Below, piece after piece: positions 10,717 to 23,537 of a stretch of DNA of 64,000 nucleotides; position 1 is the first letter of the stretch, and every line of letters begins with the position of its first letter. A program made the position numbers and the translations under genes. This stretch comes from Eledone cirrhosa. Its lineage: Eukaryota. Location of the stretch: assembly GCA_964016885.1 (NCBI GenBank), contig OZ024743.1:94302001-94366000 (forward strand), read 5' to 3'. The notes beneath the pieces were generated by a model that saw only the letters and a list, made by a program, of their open reading frames with translations, was not told where the DNA came from and made no database searches.

Positions 10717-11583
10717 TATAAATGAGAGGTATAGAGATTGTTTTAGCGAGAAGCTAACAGCATTCTATAACATATATGCGACTATAACGTCAAGATGGGA
10801 AAAGTAGTTAACGTAAGATTTAGGAAAAATAATTTAAACTCATCTCAAAAGAGAATCAGGATACAAATTCATCCACAGAATTTAGTGCAATCCAGGGAAA
10901 AATCAATAGACCTTTAACTCATGATAAAATAAAGTTCAAAACACTTATCCTTCAATTTGGAATAACATCAAATGCTCTGTATAGTCTTAAAAGACTATTT
11001 CATGAAAACTTTCAGTGGAGATGGTCACGGTTGGATTTCATTCATCAGCAGAGCTCAGCCGAAAACCAGGGCTCTCACAGTATCATAATCCGAAAAAGGG
11101 AATTCTAAAACTGGCTAGTTCGCCAACATGTGTAGTTATGAAAAAGCACATGGGGAAAAACGGGGCTAGTGACGTCAGGATGTAAGTGAATGTTTATTTA
11201 CATAAATAGCAGTCAAATACATTCTGAAAAAAACTCTACAAAAGGAGTTCAGCAAAAATAGCAATAATTATCACAGTTTTTATGAAAAAAACCCGGATTA
11301 GTCACAGATAGTTTAAGTACTCTAGGAAAAGAATCCGAGTATAAATATAAATGAGAGGTATAGAGATTGTTTTAGCGAGAAGCTAACAGCATTCTATAAC
11401 ATATATGCGACTATAACGTCAAGATGGGAAAAGTAGTTAACGTAAGATTTAGGAAAAATAATTTAAACTCATCTCAAAAGAGAATCAGGATACCAATTCA
11501 TCCACAGATTTTAGTGCAATCCAGGGAAAAATCAATAGACCTTTAACTCATGATAAAATAAAGTTCAAAACACTTATCCTTCA
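10717..11583 (-). mobile_element. Hammerhead-bearing partial tandem element (238-bp direct repeats, period 629 bp), Penelope pLTR/retrozyme-like
   Basis: 10717-10954 matches 11346-11583. Ribozyme lies in the unique part; TA-rich flanks. Unit 2 holds a single repeat (29437-29674). Confidence 0.75.
10974..11054 (-). ncRNA. Type I hammerhead ribozyme, intact core
   Basis: GCUCUG-CUGAUGA-AUGAAA(loop)UUUCAU-GAAA-UAGUCU(UUUA)AGACUA-UA-CAGAGC; all three stems are Watson-Crick paired. Confidence 0.9.
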
Positions 11584-11725
11584 TATATATATATATATAT
11601 ACTTATCCTCCATAAACCCTTATTATTCTCTTTATAATTACCTTTTCTGATTTACTTTCTTTTTTATCCTTATCATTAATTTCATTTCTTTTTATTTTTA
11701 TTTTTATTTTTATTTTTATATATTA

Positions 11726-12639
11726 CTAGCAGTAAAGCCCGGCGTTGCTCGGGGTCGCTCAGTAGCTGTGTTAAAGTTACAATGTTAAGTTTCTTTTTTG
11801 GCTTAAAAACTGTAGTGTCTACTGTGCAGACTTGCATGTGGTGTTTTTGATTAATATTCCCTCAACCAACAATATGCCTTATGAAGTTAAGAAAACATAA
11901 CGATAACCCGAATGTTATAACAAAAGAGGATGCTGGGGATAAAAACTGCACTGGTTATTTATTAACAAAGATCGAAAATGTAAACACTGCAACGCAGAGA
12001 AAAACATTAGCGTAACCAAATTATCAGTTATGTCTGTCTGCACGCCTATATCACCTCTCTGCACGACTGTCTGTCTGCACGCCTATATCACCTCTCTGCA
12101 CGACTGTCTGTCTGCACGCCTATATCACCTCTCTGCACGACTATCTGTCTGCACGCGTATATCACCTCTATGCACGACTGTCTGTCTGCACGACTGTCTG
12201 TCTGCACGCCTAACGACGAAATATTTGCTTGTTTTACGTAGTCTTTAAATAGACTTGTTTTCAAGTAAAAATATTGTTTTAAAATGCTTTTAAATGGAAA
12301 TGAAGCAAAACGGAAGCTTAGTGTTCGAACTGATGAATTTTGCAGGTCAATATTTTGCTGGCTCGACAACTGTTAAAGCCAGCGTAATTTTTTACGTAAG
12401 ACGCTCAATGTAAACAGAACAAAGGGAAATAACTGATAACTTACGCTAAAAAATCGATACATTATATTCGATTTCGTCACATAGGGTGGGTCAATTTGAA
12501 ATTTTATTTTTCCGATGTCTTCGCTAGGGCTCAATGTACAAGTATAGCAATTTCGGTGCAATTCCGTGAGAGATTCTAAGAGGAGATGTGTGCCAAAAAT
12601 CGATAGACAGACAGACAACCACAGTTTTATATATATAGA
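11726..12639 (-). mobile_element. Non-autonomous Helitron (914 bp), specific to unit 1
   Basis: Minus strand A|TC...CTAG|T, GC hairpin CCCG..CGGG about 10 nt from the 3' end, no TSD. Exact empty site TATATTA|TTATTTT at 29814-29827. Confidence 0.88.
12031..12210. repeat. 37-bp minisatellite (~4.5 copies) inside the Helitron
   Basis: TGTCTGTCTGCACGCCTATATCACCTCTCTGCACGAC repeated. Confidence 0.9.
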
Positions 12640-12961
12640 TTATTTTTTTATTTTTACTTCACATCCACCAATAACCCCCCCCCCCCATTATTCTCCGATT
12701 CACTTACCTAATATTTTCACTTTCCATCTTTTTACTTCTCTATTTACTTCACAAGCTGATTAGACTTGGCATTTGTGTTTTCCACTCCAGATATATTTTA
12801 TTTTTTATTTTTGCGCAGCCAATCTTACAATTTTATAATTTTATATTTGTACTTACTTATCCACAAGTTTTTTACACCCTGTATCAATGTGGCTGAACGC
12901 CTTAATGTGTGTATACCTTCTATATATGTACATGAGCGACTACGTATGTGCGCGCGCGTGC

Positions 12962-13028
<67 letters not shown>

Positions 13029-13732
13029 CGTATGTGTATGTGTCTTTATATCCGTGTTTTTACATCTAGGTTTTATGTTTTGTTCCATTTTTCTTCCCCC
13101 CCTTTTTTTACTTACTCATTTTTATGCGTGTGCATGCAAACAGGTCAATATGCGTGAGTGTAAGTATGTGTGTGTGTGTGTGTGTACGTATCGAACGTAT
13201 GGATGTGTAAGTGTAAGTGTATATATAAGCATGTATATTTTTGCGTTTCTTATGTGAGATATACGTGTGTGTATATGTATGTACCTTTTTTGTCTTCTTT
13301 TCTTTAATTTTTTCTTTCTAAATTATTGTTCCATTTTTATAAATATATCGAGATTGATACTTTCCTTTAATTATTACACTCCCTTACCTCTTTTACTTCC
13401 GCATCCAAGTGTACGTGTGTGTAGGTGTGTTTATGTGCGTGCCTTCATATTCTTATGATGTATCTATTCTGTCTGTAGATTACAGACATACAGATACATT
13501 TGCCCTAAATTATATATTTACGCACACTTTTTCACTATAGGTATACATATGTGCATACACATATATGCACATCTGTGAGCGTATATACATACATATACAC
13601 ACACCTAACTATTTTTCTTGAAAGATTATTATATATTTCATATTCTAATTCATTTGTCTATATCTTTTTTTTTTTTTTGTTATTTTTTTGCTTTTCTTGA
13701 TGAGACTTTCCAAGTATTTACCCATGTTTTAT

Positions 13733-13810
13733 ATTGCCTCGTCTGACGAACGAATGAAGACGTTTCTTTCGTATTCGCCTCATTCGGGAAACCTCTGGTA
13801 ATGAGGTAAT
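13733..13810 (+). ncRNA. Type I hammerhead ribozyme with minimal stem III
   Basis: AUUGCCUCGU-CUGACGA-a CGAAUGA..UCAUUCG g-GAAA-CC(UCU)GG-UA-AUGAGGUAAU. 10-bp stem I with 2 GU pairs; mismatch at the base of stem II. Confidence 0.75.
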
Positions 13811-13832
13811 TATATTGTATTGATTTTTATAC

Positions 13833-13969
<137 letters not shown>

Positions 13970-13973
13970 GTGT

Positions 13974-14355
13974 AGCCTAAGAAAATATATATATGCCTGT
14001 GTAAATAATTACATGCATATTATTATTTTTTTAAATTAATTGAGTTCTTAACACGTGGAATTGATATTGGTTTTGAAATAACTAATTAACCCTCGTATAT
14101 TTAATATTTTATTCTTAATTCGGCCAGAGATTTACATTCCCGATTGCCCTTTAAAGCGTAACTTTCCGTATTTACTACGGTTATGAGTCGGTTTGTTATT
14201 CAGGTACGACTTCTGTTTTTAGCCTAAGAAAATATCTATATGCGTGTGTAATTAATACACGCATGCATTTATTTTTTAAACTTCAATTGAGTTCTTAACA
14301 CGTTGGATTGATAATGTTTTTGAAAAAACTAATTAACCCGCGTGAATATTATTTT
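13974..14355. repeat. ~135-bp imperfect direct repeat, period ~247 bp (also ~31083-31465)
   Basis: TAGCCTAAGAAAATAT...TTGAGTTCTTAACACG...AACTAATTAACCC occurs twice. Confidence 0.8.
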
Positions 14356-14838
14356 TTCTTTTCTTGTGTATTGGTTGTCTCTCCTTCCCGCTTCGTGACG
14401 CTATAATACTTCCTCAGTCAAAAACTGCTGGAATTTCAAATTTGGCGGTCATTCGATGCGTGAGGGAGCAGCTTAGCAGACACGATTTTTAACTGCGGTA
14501 AGAATTTTTTCTCATATCCAAGTTTAATGGGCTTCCACTGATGATTTATAAGCGCCCACCTAAATATATTCTTACATGAATATATGTTAGGCTTATACAT
14601 AAACTGGAAACAATCTCCTAATTTGTAGAAAACTTATAATGAAACAATTGTTTGGAAAGAGAGATATATTTTAACTTTAATTATATCTCATAAAATAATA
14701 CAACTGGCTTTCCACAAAATACATATAGTTAGCACCCGAAACACTTAAATTGGGTTTATACTAACATATAACCTAATGTTTGTTGAGTGAGATGGTTACC
14801 AGTCAGAGTTTAGCATTAAGCTATCTCTGTTATTGTAT

Positions 14839-14872
<34 letters not shown>

Positions 14873-15098
14873 CCATTTCTATATTAAATTTTGTTGTATA
14901 CACTCTACTAATGTATTGAGGACCTTACTTACTGTGGTTAACCCCGATTGAACACGGGACATATATATATATGTTTTTCGTTTTATATTATATCACAGTC
15001 TTCTCTGTAAGAAAATAAGGTGCTCAACTGCATACCGCCTATGGAAGGAGCTTAGCTACCATCAGACACACACACATACATACATACACACACGCACA

Positions 15099-15198
<100 letters not shown>

Positions 15199-15396
15199 CT
15201 TATATATATAGTTGTTATATATTAAGGTGCATTATTGGTTGTGTAAAATGGTCCAATAACTTTATGTTAGCAATATTAAGTTCTCCACGCTTTTGTATAT
15301 CTCCAATTCCATTCAAGGGAACAGCTAGATGATGTAAAACGGAGTATAAGTATCAAAATGAAAATCCGAAGGCAAGGTAAAATTCCAATCATTTAA

Positions 15397-15470
15397 TCAC
15401 GACACATGTTTCAATAAGAGATAGATCGATTGTGAAGCCATGATCGATTATCACTGATCTCACCAGGCGA
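15397..15470 (-). ncRNA. Degenerate type I hammerhead (copy at 32524-32597)
   Basis: UCGC-CUGGUGA-long stem II-GAAA-CAUGUG-UC-GUGA. The inverted partial copy at 16107-16127 keeps the canonical UCAC-CUGAUGA. Confidence 0.6.
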
Positions 15471-16121
15471 AAATGAATTGTCTTCAAATTCTTGATATGA
15501 GGGAGAAAAATAACGAATTCAAGGATGTTACAATTCAATCTATACACGTATAGCAGAACACTGAACTGAACTTATTTGCTTGTGTGTGTGTATGCGTGTG
15601 TGTGTGTATGGGGCGTTCGTTAACCCAATATTTCTAATTTACATCATCAAATTGAGATTTGACCAATATAGCTTCTGTTGTTTTGTGAACTAACTTTCGG
15701 TGAGTGCTGTGTTGGTACATTCTTATATTTGTTTTTTCTCGGACATCGCTTTGGTGTGTGTGAGCGTGTGTGTGTACCCACCCACACTAACTCTACAGGT
15801 TTAATACTGTGTTGATGTGTGTATATATATGTATATATTTTTCTTTGACCTCGAGCCGGTGTATGTGGGTGTGGAGTGTGTGTGTACCCACTCACATTAA
15901 CTGTGACTGACTGTATCCCTACAGATTTGATTAATGTCCAGCGTCCTTTGCAGCGATAGAAATCTGAAAACTTTTATGACTTCAACTGAAGTTAATAGCA
16001 GTCGCCGTGTCTCTGACTGGTGTTTCTTCATATGAGGGAATGAATTCTGTGAGAGAACATCGTTGATTTTCTCCCTCATATCAAGAATTTGAAGACAATT
16101 CATTTTCACCTGATGAGATCA

Positions 16122-16184
<63 letters not shown>

Positions 16185-16400
16185 GGGGTAACAGATTATT
16201 GTTATAGGTAGTCCACTTAGGTGTAGTCTAGTTAGGTACTCCGAGTAATGGATATCAACGCTTGGCTAAGTTTGACTCAACAAGTCGTTTCCATAGTGAT
16301 GCTGCGAGTACGCGGTGATTTCTATGTTGTTTACACTTGGAGTAATGATAAATCAGGAAGGAAGAGTGACACGGTTTGCTATACAAAAAAGGTTTTTAAT

Positions 16401-16519
16401 CTCATTGCTGACAATTGTTTCTCTGAACTGGTAGGTCTAGAGATCGCTACCCGCCTGTTTTCACGTCATTCGATCACCAATACATAGTTGTAACCAGTCA
16501 ATTCATCAGAGCTTGTGAG
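16401..16519 (-). ncRNA. Type I hammerhead with palindromic stem III (copy at 33528-33646)
   Basis: CUCAcaaGCU-CUGAUGA-..ACUGGU/ACCAGU..-GAAA-CAAUUG-UC-AGCaaUGAG; the base of stem II is imperfect. Confidence 0.68.
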
Positions 16520-17135
16520 AATGAAAGGAATATATAGGCATGGCTTCTATATATAGTAGTAGTGGCATTTAATCAGAACAATAACAACAACTCTAACAAT
16601 GCTAGCAATAAATTATTTGAAATAATCACAGCATCAATCTAAGTAAGAAATATAGTATATCTACGACTTTAGCGTGTAAAACTAGCTGACATGAGTCAGA
16701 TGTATAAAATTGACATGTAAAAGCTGTCATGGGGTGTATTATATATAGTGTAGAGATAAGCCGGCGGCTTTAAACAATTTACTGTAGGTCTGGTGGCCGT
16801 AAGAATTATTTATTATCTGACAGATGAAATATTTATCACTGTAGTGAGGGTAGTAATATTTGTGGTGTGAGGTGGGTTCAATATTTATGTGGTCTATATT
16901 AGTTGAAGGGACCGTTAGTTCGAATCATGGGGTTGTTTAGCTTTCACATCATTGAATTTTTTAATATAAGGAACTTGTTCTTTGTTTTTATTCATTGTTT
17001 TTATTAATTTATCTTGACTCTGTTTTCCTGTGATTTTCATCGAAAAATTTTTGAATGCATCTTCTCTTTTCATTATATTTGGATTACATTGAGTTCTTCA
17101 TACGGATTGGACACTACCGTATATTTTGGTAGATT

Positions 17136-17249
<114 letters not shown>

Positions 17250-18653
17250 CTTCCTATCTTCAGTTTGTCGGGTAAGGAAACCTAGGTCTGCCACTGAATT
17301 TATCAGGTTGTTGTTGAATTTTGCATAATCATTTATATTGTTACTGGAACTTGTTATATAAATTCAGGTGAAGTAAATACAAACAAATACTCAGATATTT
17401 TATGTAATAAATAATTTATTATTCAACAAATATGATGTTTACAAATATGATGTTTACAAATATGATGTTTACAAATATGATGTTTACATGATGTTTATAA
17501 CATAAAGGGACTTTCTTTATAACGTTAACAGGCATCGTTGATAACACAAACGGACATTGCTTATAACATGAATGTTATATCTTTTGTAAGATAAAATATT
17601 ATATAATTTATAAAATATAGGTTATATCGTATAAAATATAAAAGTTACAATAGGCTTGATGATCCAATACTTTCTTTTTCAGTGGGTATGGGGCGACATG
17701 GATGAATATGAAGTTGTGTCATTAATCGTTTTTCCAAAGGAATAAGAATAGTGATTCTCAAATGGGAATTTTAGCCAAGGGAGGAATTAGGGAAGAACTC
17801 AAACTGAGAAAGGATAGTGAACATTATGTATATATCAAGTGAAATTTTAACAAACTCAACCATAGTGTACATTGTATATGTGTCAAATGAAATATCAATA
17901 TATACAACTGTAAGGGCGATCACGAATTAGCAGTTAACAAAAAAAAAATGTTGCTTCAGACTTTATCTCGCTTGGGAATTATACAATTATTTAGATTTGA
18001 AGAGCTTACCCGGAGCGTAAAGAACCGGAACGAATACTGCAAATCATTTTCTCTGACATGCTAACGACTCTATCAATTTACTGCCTATGATCTCTGAGAA
18101 CCATTGCACTATACAATAATTGGGGTTTGAAAAACGTTCTCATGTTAATATAATGCTCGGGTCAGAAGTGTTTTAGAAGACAATTCAAAATTGGGTGGTT
18201 GCGAATTGAAGAAACCTGGGATTGCAAGAGTGTTTTGACCTGTGATTCTGAGAACCATTTGGACTATACATATATTGAGTTTGGAAAGCTTGTTCATGTT
18301 AATACGGTGTTTGGGAGAGAAATTAATTAATGAAAATTCAAAATGGAGATAGCGTTAAAAACAATCCTGGGATTATAAGGGGAGAGGGAATGTGACCTGC
18401 ATCCCTGGGAACCACTGAATAAATGTTGAAGACGTGATGACACATTAATATGCAAAAAAAAAAAAAAAAATGAAGGGGAAATTTAATGAGGTTGTGATAT
18501 TTACATGATTAGTATAATTAGTGATATACTTATTTTTACGGATCATACACTGCCTTTCACAGTATTTCGTTATAATGAAGGTTCTTTAGGAAGCAATGAT
18601 GATCAACATCATTGTTAATATAAAAGAATGGCGATGATTTTGTCATTCAGTTG

Positions 18654-18694
<41 letters not shown>

Positions 18695-18859
18695 TATATT
18701 TTATATTATATATATATATACATATTATATTATATTATATTATATATATATCATATGGACATAATATATGTATTATATATATATATTTATATTATAATTG
18801 AACAGATGCTTTAATTTACACACACACACACGCACACGCACACACACACACACACACGC

Positions 18860-18969
<110 letters not shown>

Positions 18970-19069
18970 TTAATCATGATTTATTCGGTAGAAATGACTT
19001 CAATATTCAATAATATTGTTTGCTTAGGGTGATGATCATGATGCAATTTAGCGCAGCTAAATCTGTGTC

Positions 19070-19075
19070 TTTATT
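19070..19075 (-). terminator. Candidate AATAAA poly(A) signal of tyrosinase copy 2 (copy 3 at ~36120-36125)
   Basis: TTTATT on the plus strand, ~375 nt after the stop. Positional inference only. Confidence 0.35.
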
Positions 19076-19447
19076 TTGAAAAAAAAAATGGAAAGGCTCT
19101 TAACTCTTGATAGACTTGTAGGAGCACCAACCGTCATTTGGGCATTTTAAACATGGCGGCACCCATCCCTTTCCAGAGCTGAAGAACAACCGATTGGTTC
19201 CAGAGAAGAAGAAGAAGAAGAAGAAGAAGAAGAAGAAGAAGAAGAAGAAGAAGAAGAAGAAAAAGAAGAAGAAGAAGAATTATGTGGTGTCAAGGCTCCC
19301 ACAATATTTAAAGGGCCCTAAATTAATGTTTTTGCTACCACAAATAATAAGCTAGGGTACAGTTGACGTTTTCAGCCAGGAAGCCCATCTAAGCTTAATC
19401 CGCCGTTGGGAGTGGAAGTATGATAATGGCTGTTCAACGTGAAGATG

Positions 19448-22400
19448 TTATAACCTTGAGAAGTAACTGTATGTACAGTATCCGCGAACACATCGTTTTA
19501 GTTGAGGGCTGTATCTATAACCATGACCACAACGGAAAACGAAATATTTGCCGTAAATACATATGGCATATCGAGAGCACGACTGCAAACAAGGTTGATG
19601 TTCCAGGGATGAACAGCTACATCTAGATGGGATTATACATGTGTTGTCGACTTTACAGACTGAAAAGACAGAGAAAAAAAGATGTACACAAATTAGTTTT
19701 ATTATAATCCATTAAGTTTACGAATAAACTGGGTAAATTTAAAGATTTGTTATTTATTCGATTTTATTATGAAAAACTGCCAGATACACTCATAATAGTC
19801 CTTGCTCTTTCCCTCACTTTCCACTCATTTATGGCATTTATAGTCCTTTACTCTACTTTCCTTTACAGCCAGATCTACCTTTCTTTACCCCTTCCCCCTT
19901 TTTCATTACTTAATTTTGCTTTTATCTATTTTTTAAAAAATATTTCTATCATTGTATTCATATACAATGACTATAAAATAGTCGAATAAGTCGAGGAAAT
20001 GTATGCAAATTAGTTATATTATAATCCATTAAGTTTAATATGAAACTGGGCAAATTTAAAGATTTGAAATTTATTTGTTTTTAGTCAAATAAGTTAAGTA
20101 AAACATATAAGGCCTTTAACGTCTTTGCTACTTATATATGCAGTATATATGTACTATTATACGTTGGGAGGCTCATACTGCCAATTAAAACCTTTCGCCA
20201 CACTTTGCGACGTTATCAATGGTGTTTCTTCTTATTTTTCCATCCTCTGTGTTTCTTCTTATTTTTCCATTACTTCAACTTTATTTCACCATTTTCATAC
20301 TTAAGTAAAATATTGGGAAACAAAACGAGAACAATCTTGGCCTATAGTTGAACAGAATAGCTTAGTAACTGTATAGGTCTACTAATAAATCATGTACACT
20401 TATATATATATAAAATAACACCGTATTTTCTTAACAAATCACGAACTAAGTTTAGGGCAAAACAGGGCGATCGTCTTATATACAGGCACACGAGTTTAAA
20501 AATACTCATTGCAAAAGGCAAAATTGGAAAAACGTGTCGATAACAATTGTTTACAAATGGTATTTGACATATCGGCAATATACAATTTTAGGGAATCAGT
20601 ATGATTTGCCTCAAAGAGAGAAAATTGATAAAACCAACAAATAAATTGTATAACGGTCCTAGGATTGGCAGTATCGGTAGAGTTGGCAGTATCAGTAGAG
20701 GGTTGGACGCCATGCTATGCAGCATAGAGTTACGGCTCTTTACGGTTTAAATTCAAATCCCACCGAGGTTAACTTTGCCTTTCATCCTTACGGGATCGAT
20801 AAAATAAAGTACCAGTAATGCACTGGGTAATTGCTGGCCTTGTGCCTAAAGTAGAAACAATTATTACAACTGAAGCCTAACTATTGTTAAAATATGAAAG
20901 AAATTACATAGTCGTGGCAGTAGTCAGGGGTCGTATAGTACGCAAGGGTGTAATATATTCAAGTACCTTTAACTTCAGAAACAAGGGTCGTGCAAGATTC
21001 AAGTCGTAATATAATAAAGAAATAAGGTTTATCATACACACAGGTTTAAGGAGTAGGTAAATGATATACTTACAAATCTTACTATCACCAGCAGTCGTTG
21101 ATTTTACTGTCGTTGTTATCCATTTCCATCTTGTTGGTGTTGTAGGTTGTCTAGTTGTTGTTGTAGGTTGTCTAGTTGTAGTTGTTGTTGTAGGTTGTTT
21201 TGTTGTAGTTGTTGTAGGTTGTCTAGTAGTTGTGGTTGTTGTTCTTGTTGTTGGTGTGTGTGTTGACGTTCCTGTCCAAGCTGTAGGTGTCATTGTTGTG
21301 GTAATATTGCTGGTGATAAATGGCCATCGGCTGTCATCACAGTGGAAAACAATTGGAATATTCTGGTGCTTGACTTTCGGTCTAATCTGATTGTTATAAT
21401 CCCAGACCTTCATGTAAGTATCTGCGAGGGTTTTACCGTAGAAGGCAGTGTCGCTACGAGTTAAGTTCATCAGCCCTATACATTCTGTGTATCTCGGTGG
21501 GTTGGAACCTGGAACTAAGCAAGATGGCCGGCATATTCTTCCACATTGTTCCGAAACTGTTAAAAATACCAGACTAAATTCTTTTTCGGGGTTTTTGATA
21601 CCGATATAAGCTAGATCTGACGATACAGCTAATCTACGGTCCACTATCACCATTTCTTCATAATTTCCAAAATAATTGAGGCCACTAGCTTGAACATTCA
21701 CTCTTCCTGCTGGTCCACAACACTTACGCATTCGACAAGTAGAATTACTAGACGAGGTATTTTGGGGTAGACTGTTGTCGTATATATCATTCAATAAGTT
21801 TGGTTGACCATTTACGATTGGAAAATTTCCAAATCTCATCGTCTCGTAAGGTCGTTCGTAAATGATTTCTATCGGAATATATACCCATTCTTTTAAATCA
21901 CATTTACGGTTGATACAAAACATATTTTGATAGGGAATGAGGGCATTACATCCAGTTGAGTTCCTTGTTGTCGTTTGATATCTTCCATTATGGCAGGTTA
22001 AATACGGACTAGGATAAAATTTTGAAGGTTCAAAACATGGCATTTCCAGTAGAGTATCGTCATATAAAGAAGTATAATCAAAAGTTTGAGTTAGTTTTAG
22101 GGCATCAGCAATCGTTATATTCTTCAGGCCAATACTTTGGTCAGGAGCATAAACTGATAAACCATAATTTAAAGGATAATCTGTCGCTGGATCGATATTG
22201 TATTTCTTTTGGTTTTCATTGAAACGTGTCATAATAAGATCTATATAACTATGGATTAGCCAGAAAACCGGGTCCATTGGAGAAGTTTCTGGTTGACCCA
22301 AATGTCCTCCAACAAAATTGTGTATAGAATTATGGTGAAATTCCAAATTGTATTTACCAATGGCATTTGGCTCTGTGATGTCTCCAAGTCTATTTCGACT

Positions 22401-23496
22401 GAGAATATTTTTGATATCAGAAGTGGTTGGTAAGTTATTGATAACACCACCATTCCTTATCAAAGGACCAGCTGGGGTGGTCCAATTAGCAAACGGACCA
22501 CAATTGACTATACCATTGATATTTCCCAAGAACTTGTCTGTCCAGATAATGGAATCTCGGGGTTCAGCAAGGCTGCTATCAAGAGTTGGATCCCAATATG
22601 GAATTGTCACACCTGGCACCTTTTCATCAAGAGCTTTTTCCATCCTGAAGAAATATAAAAAAACATTATAAATCAACACATCAATGATGATGATGATGAT
22701 GATGATGATGAGGAGGGTGAAGAGAGTGAAGATCTGGATGACGATAAGAACAAAGGACTTCTTTCTCAATAAATTAATTCGTTGATTAAGCAACTGATTG
22801 ATGGATTAAGTACCTGATTAATAATGATTTCTGATTTAGGCACAAAGCCAACAATGTTGGGGGAGGGGAAAGTCGATTAAATTGGCCCCCAGTGCGTTAC
22901 TGGTACTTCATTTTATCGACTCTTTAAGGATGGAAGGTAAAACTAACCTCGATGGGATTTGAACACGGAACTTAAAAAGCCGTAAATACAGCAATATAGA
23001 AAATAGAAGTGAGAAGTGGAATGTCATATAAAAGATATTTGAAGGGAAATATAGACCATACTTACATAGTAAGGTAGATTCTGTGCCAAGCTAGAAAAGA
23101 GGGGCCAGCGTGTGCGTTTCTAACCATCGGACCAGTGTGGAGTAAGGCGATCGCATCGTAAACATTTGGAGCCAATCTCTAAATAAACAACGTGGAACAA
23201 GGAAGAGTTACTTACTGCAAGTTATAGTTTTGGTGTTCATCAAATGTATTTATTGAACTAGCATGATGGTGACGATGATGATGATGATCATCATCACCAT
23301 ATCAATTGTGATTTAAGCACAAGGCCAATAAATCGATCACAGTGCGTTACTGGTAATCTATTTTATCGACCCTGTAAGAATGAAAGGCAAAGATAACTTC
23401 GGCGGGATTTGAACTCAGAACGTAAAGGGACATAACTACATGCCACAAAGCATGTTGTCCGATGCTCTACCGATACTGCCAATCCACCGTCCTATC

Positions 23497-23537
<41 letters not shown>

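Noticed and set aside
20390-20620. Alternative terminal tyrosinase exon
   Set aside because: Only a weak GAG acceptor, giving a stop after 4 codons; the 19659-19448 exon fits much better.
20904-22793. 629-aa ORF as a complete protein (also 37963-39852)
   Set aside because: Both ends are intron read-through (poly-Ile from (ATC)n). The real exon is 22644-21074 and CuA is in the upstream exon.
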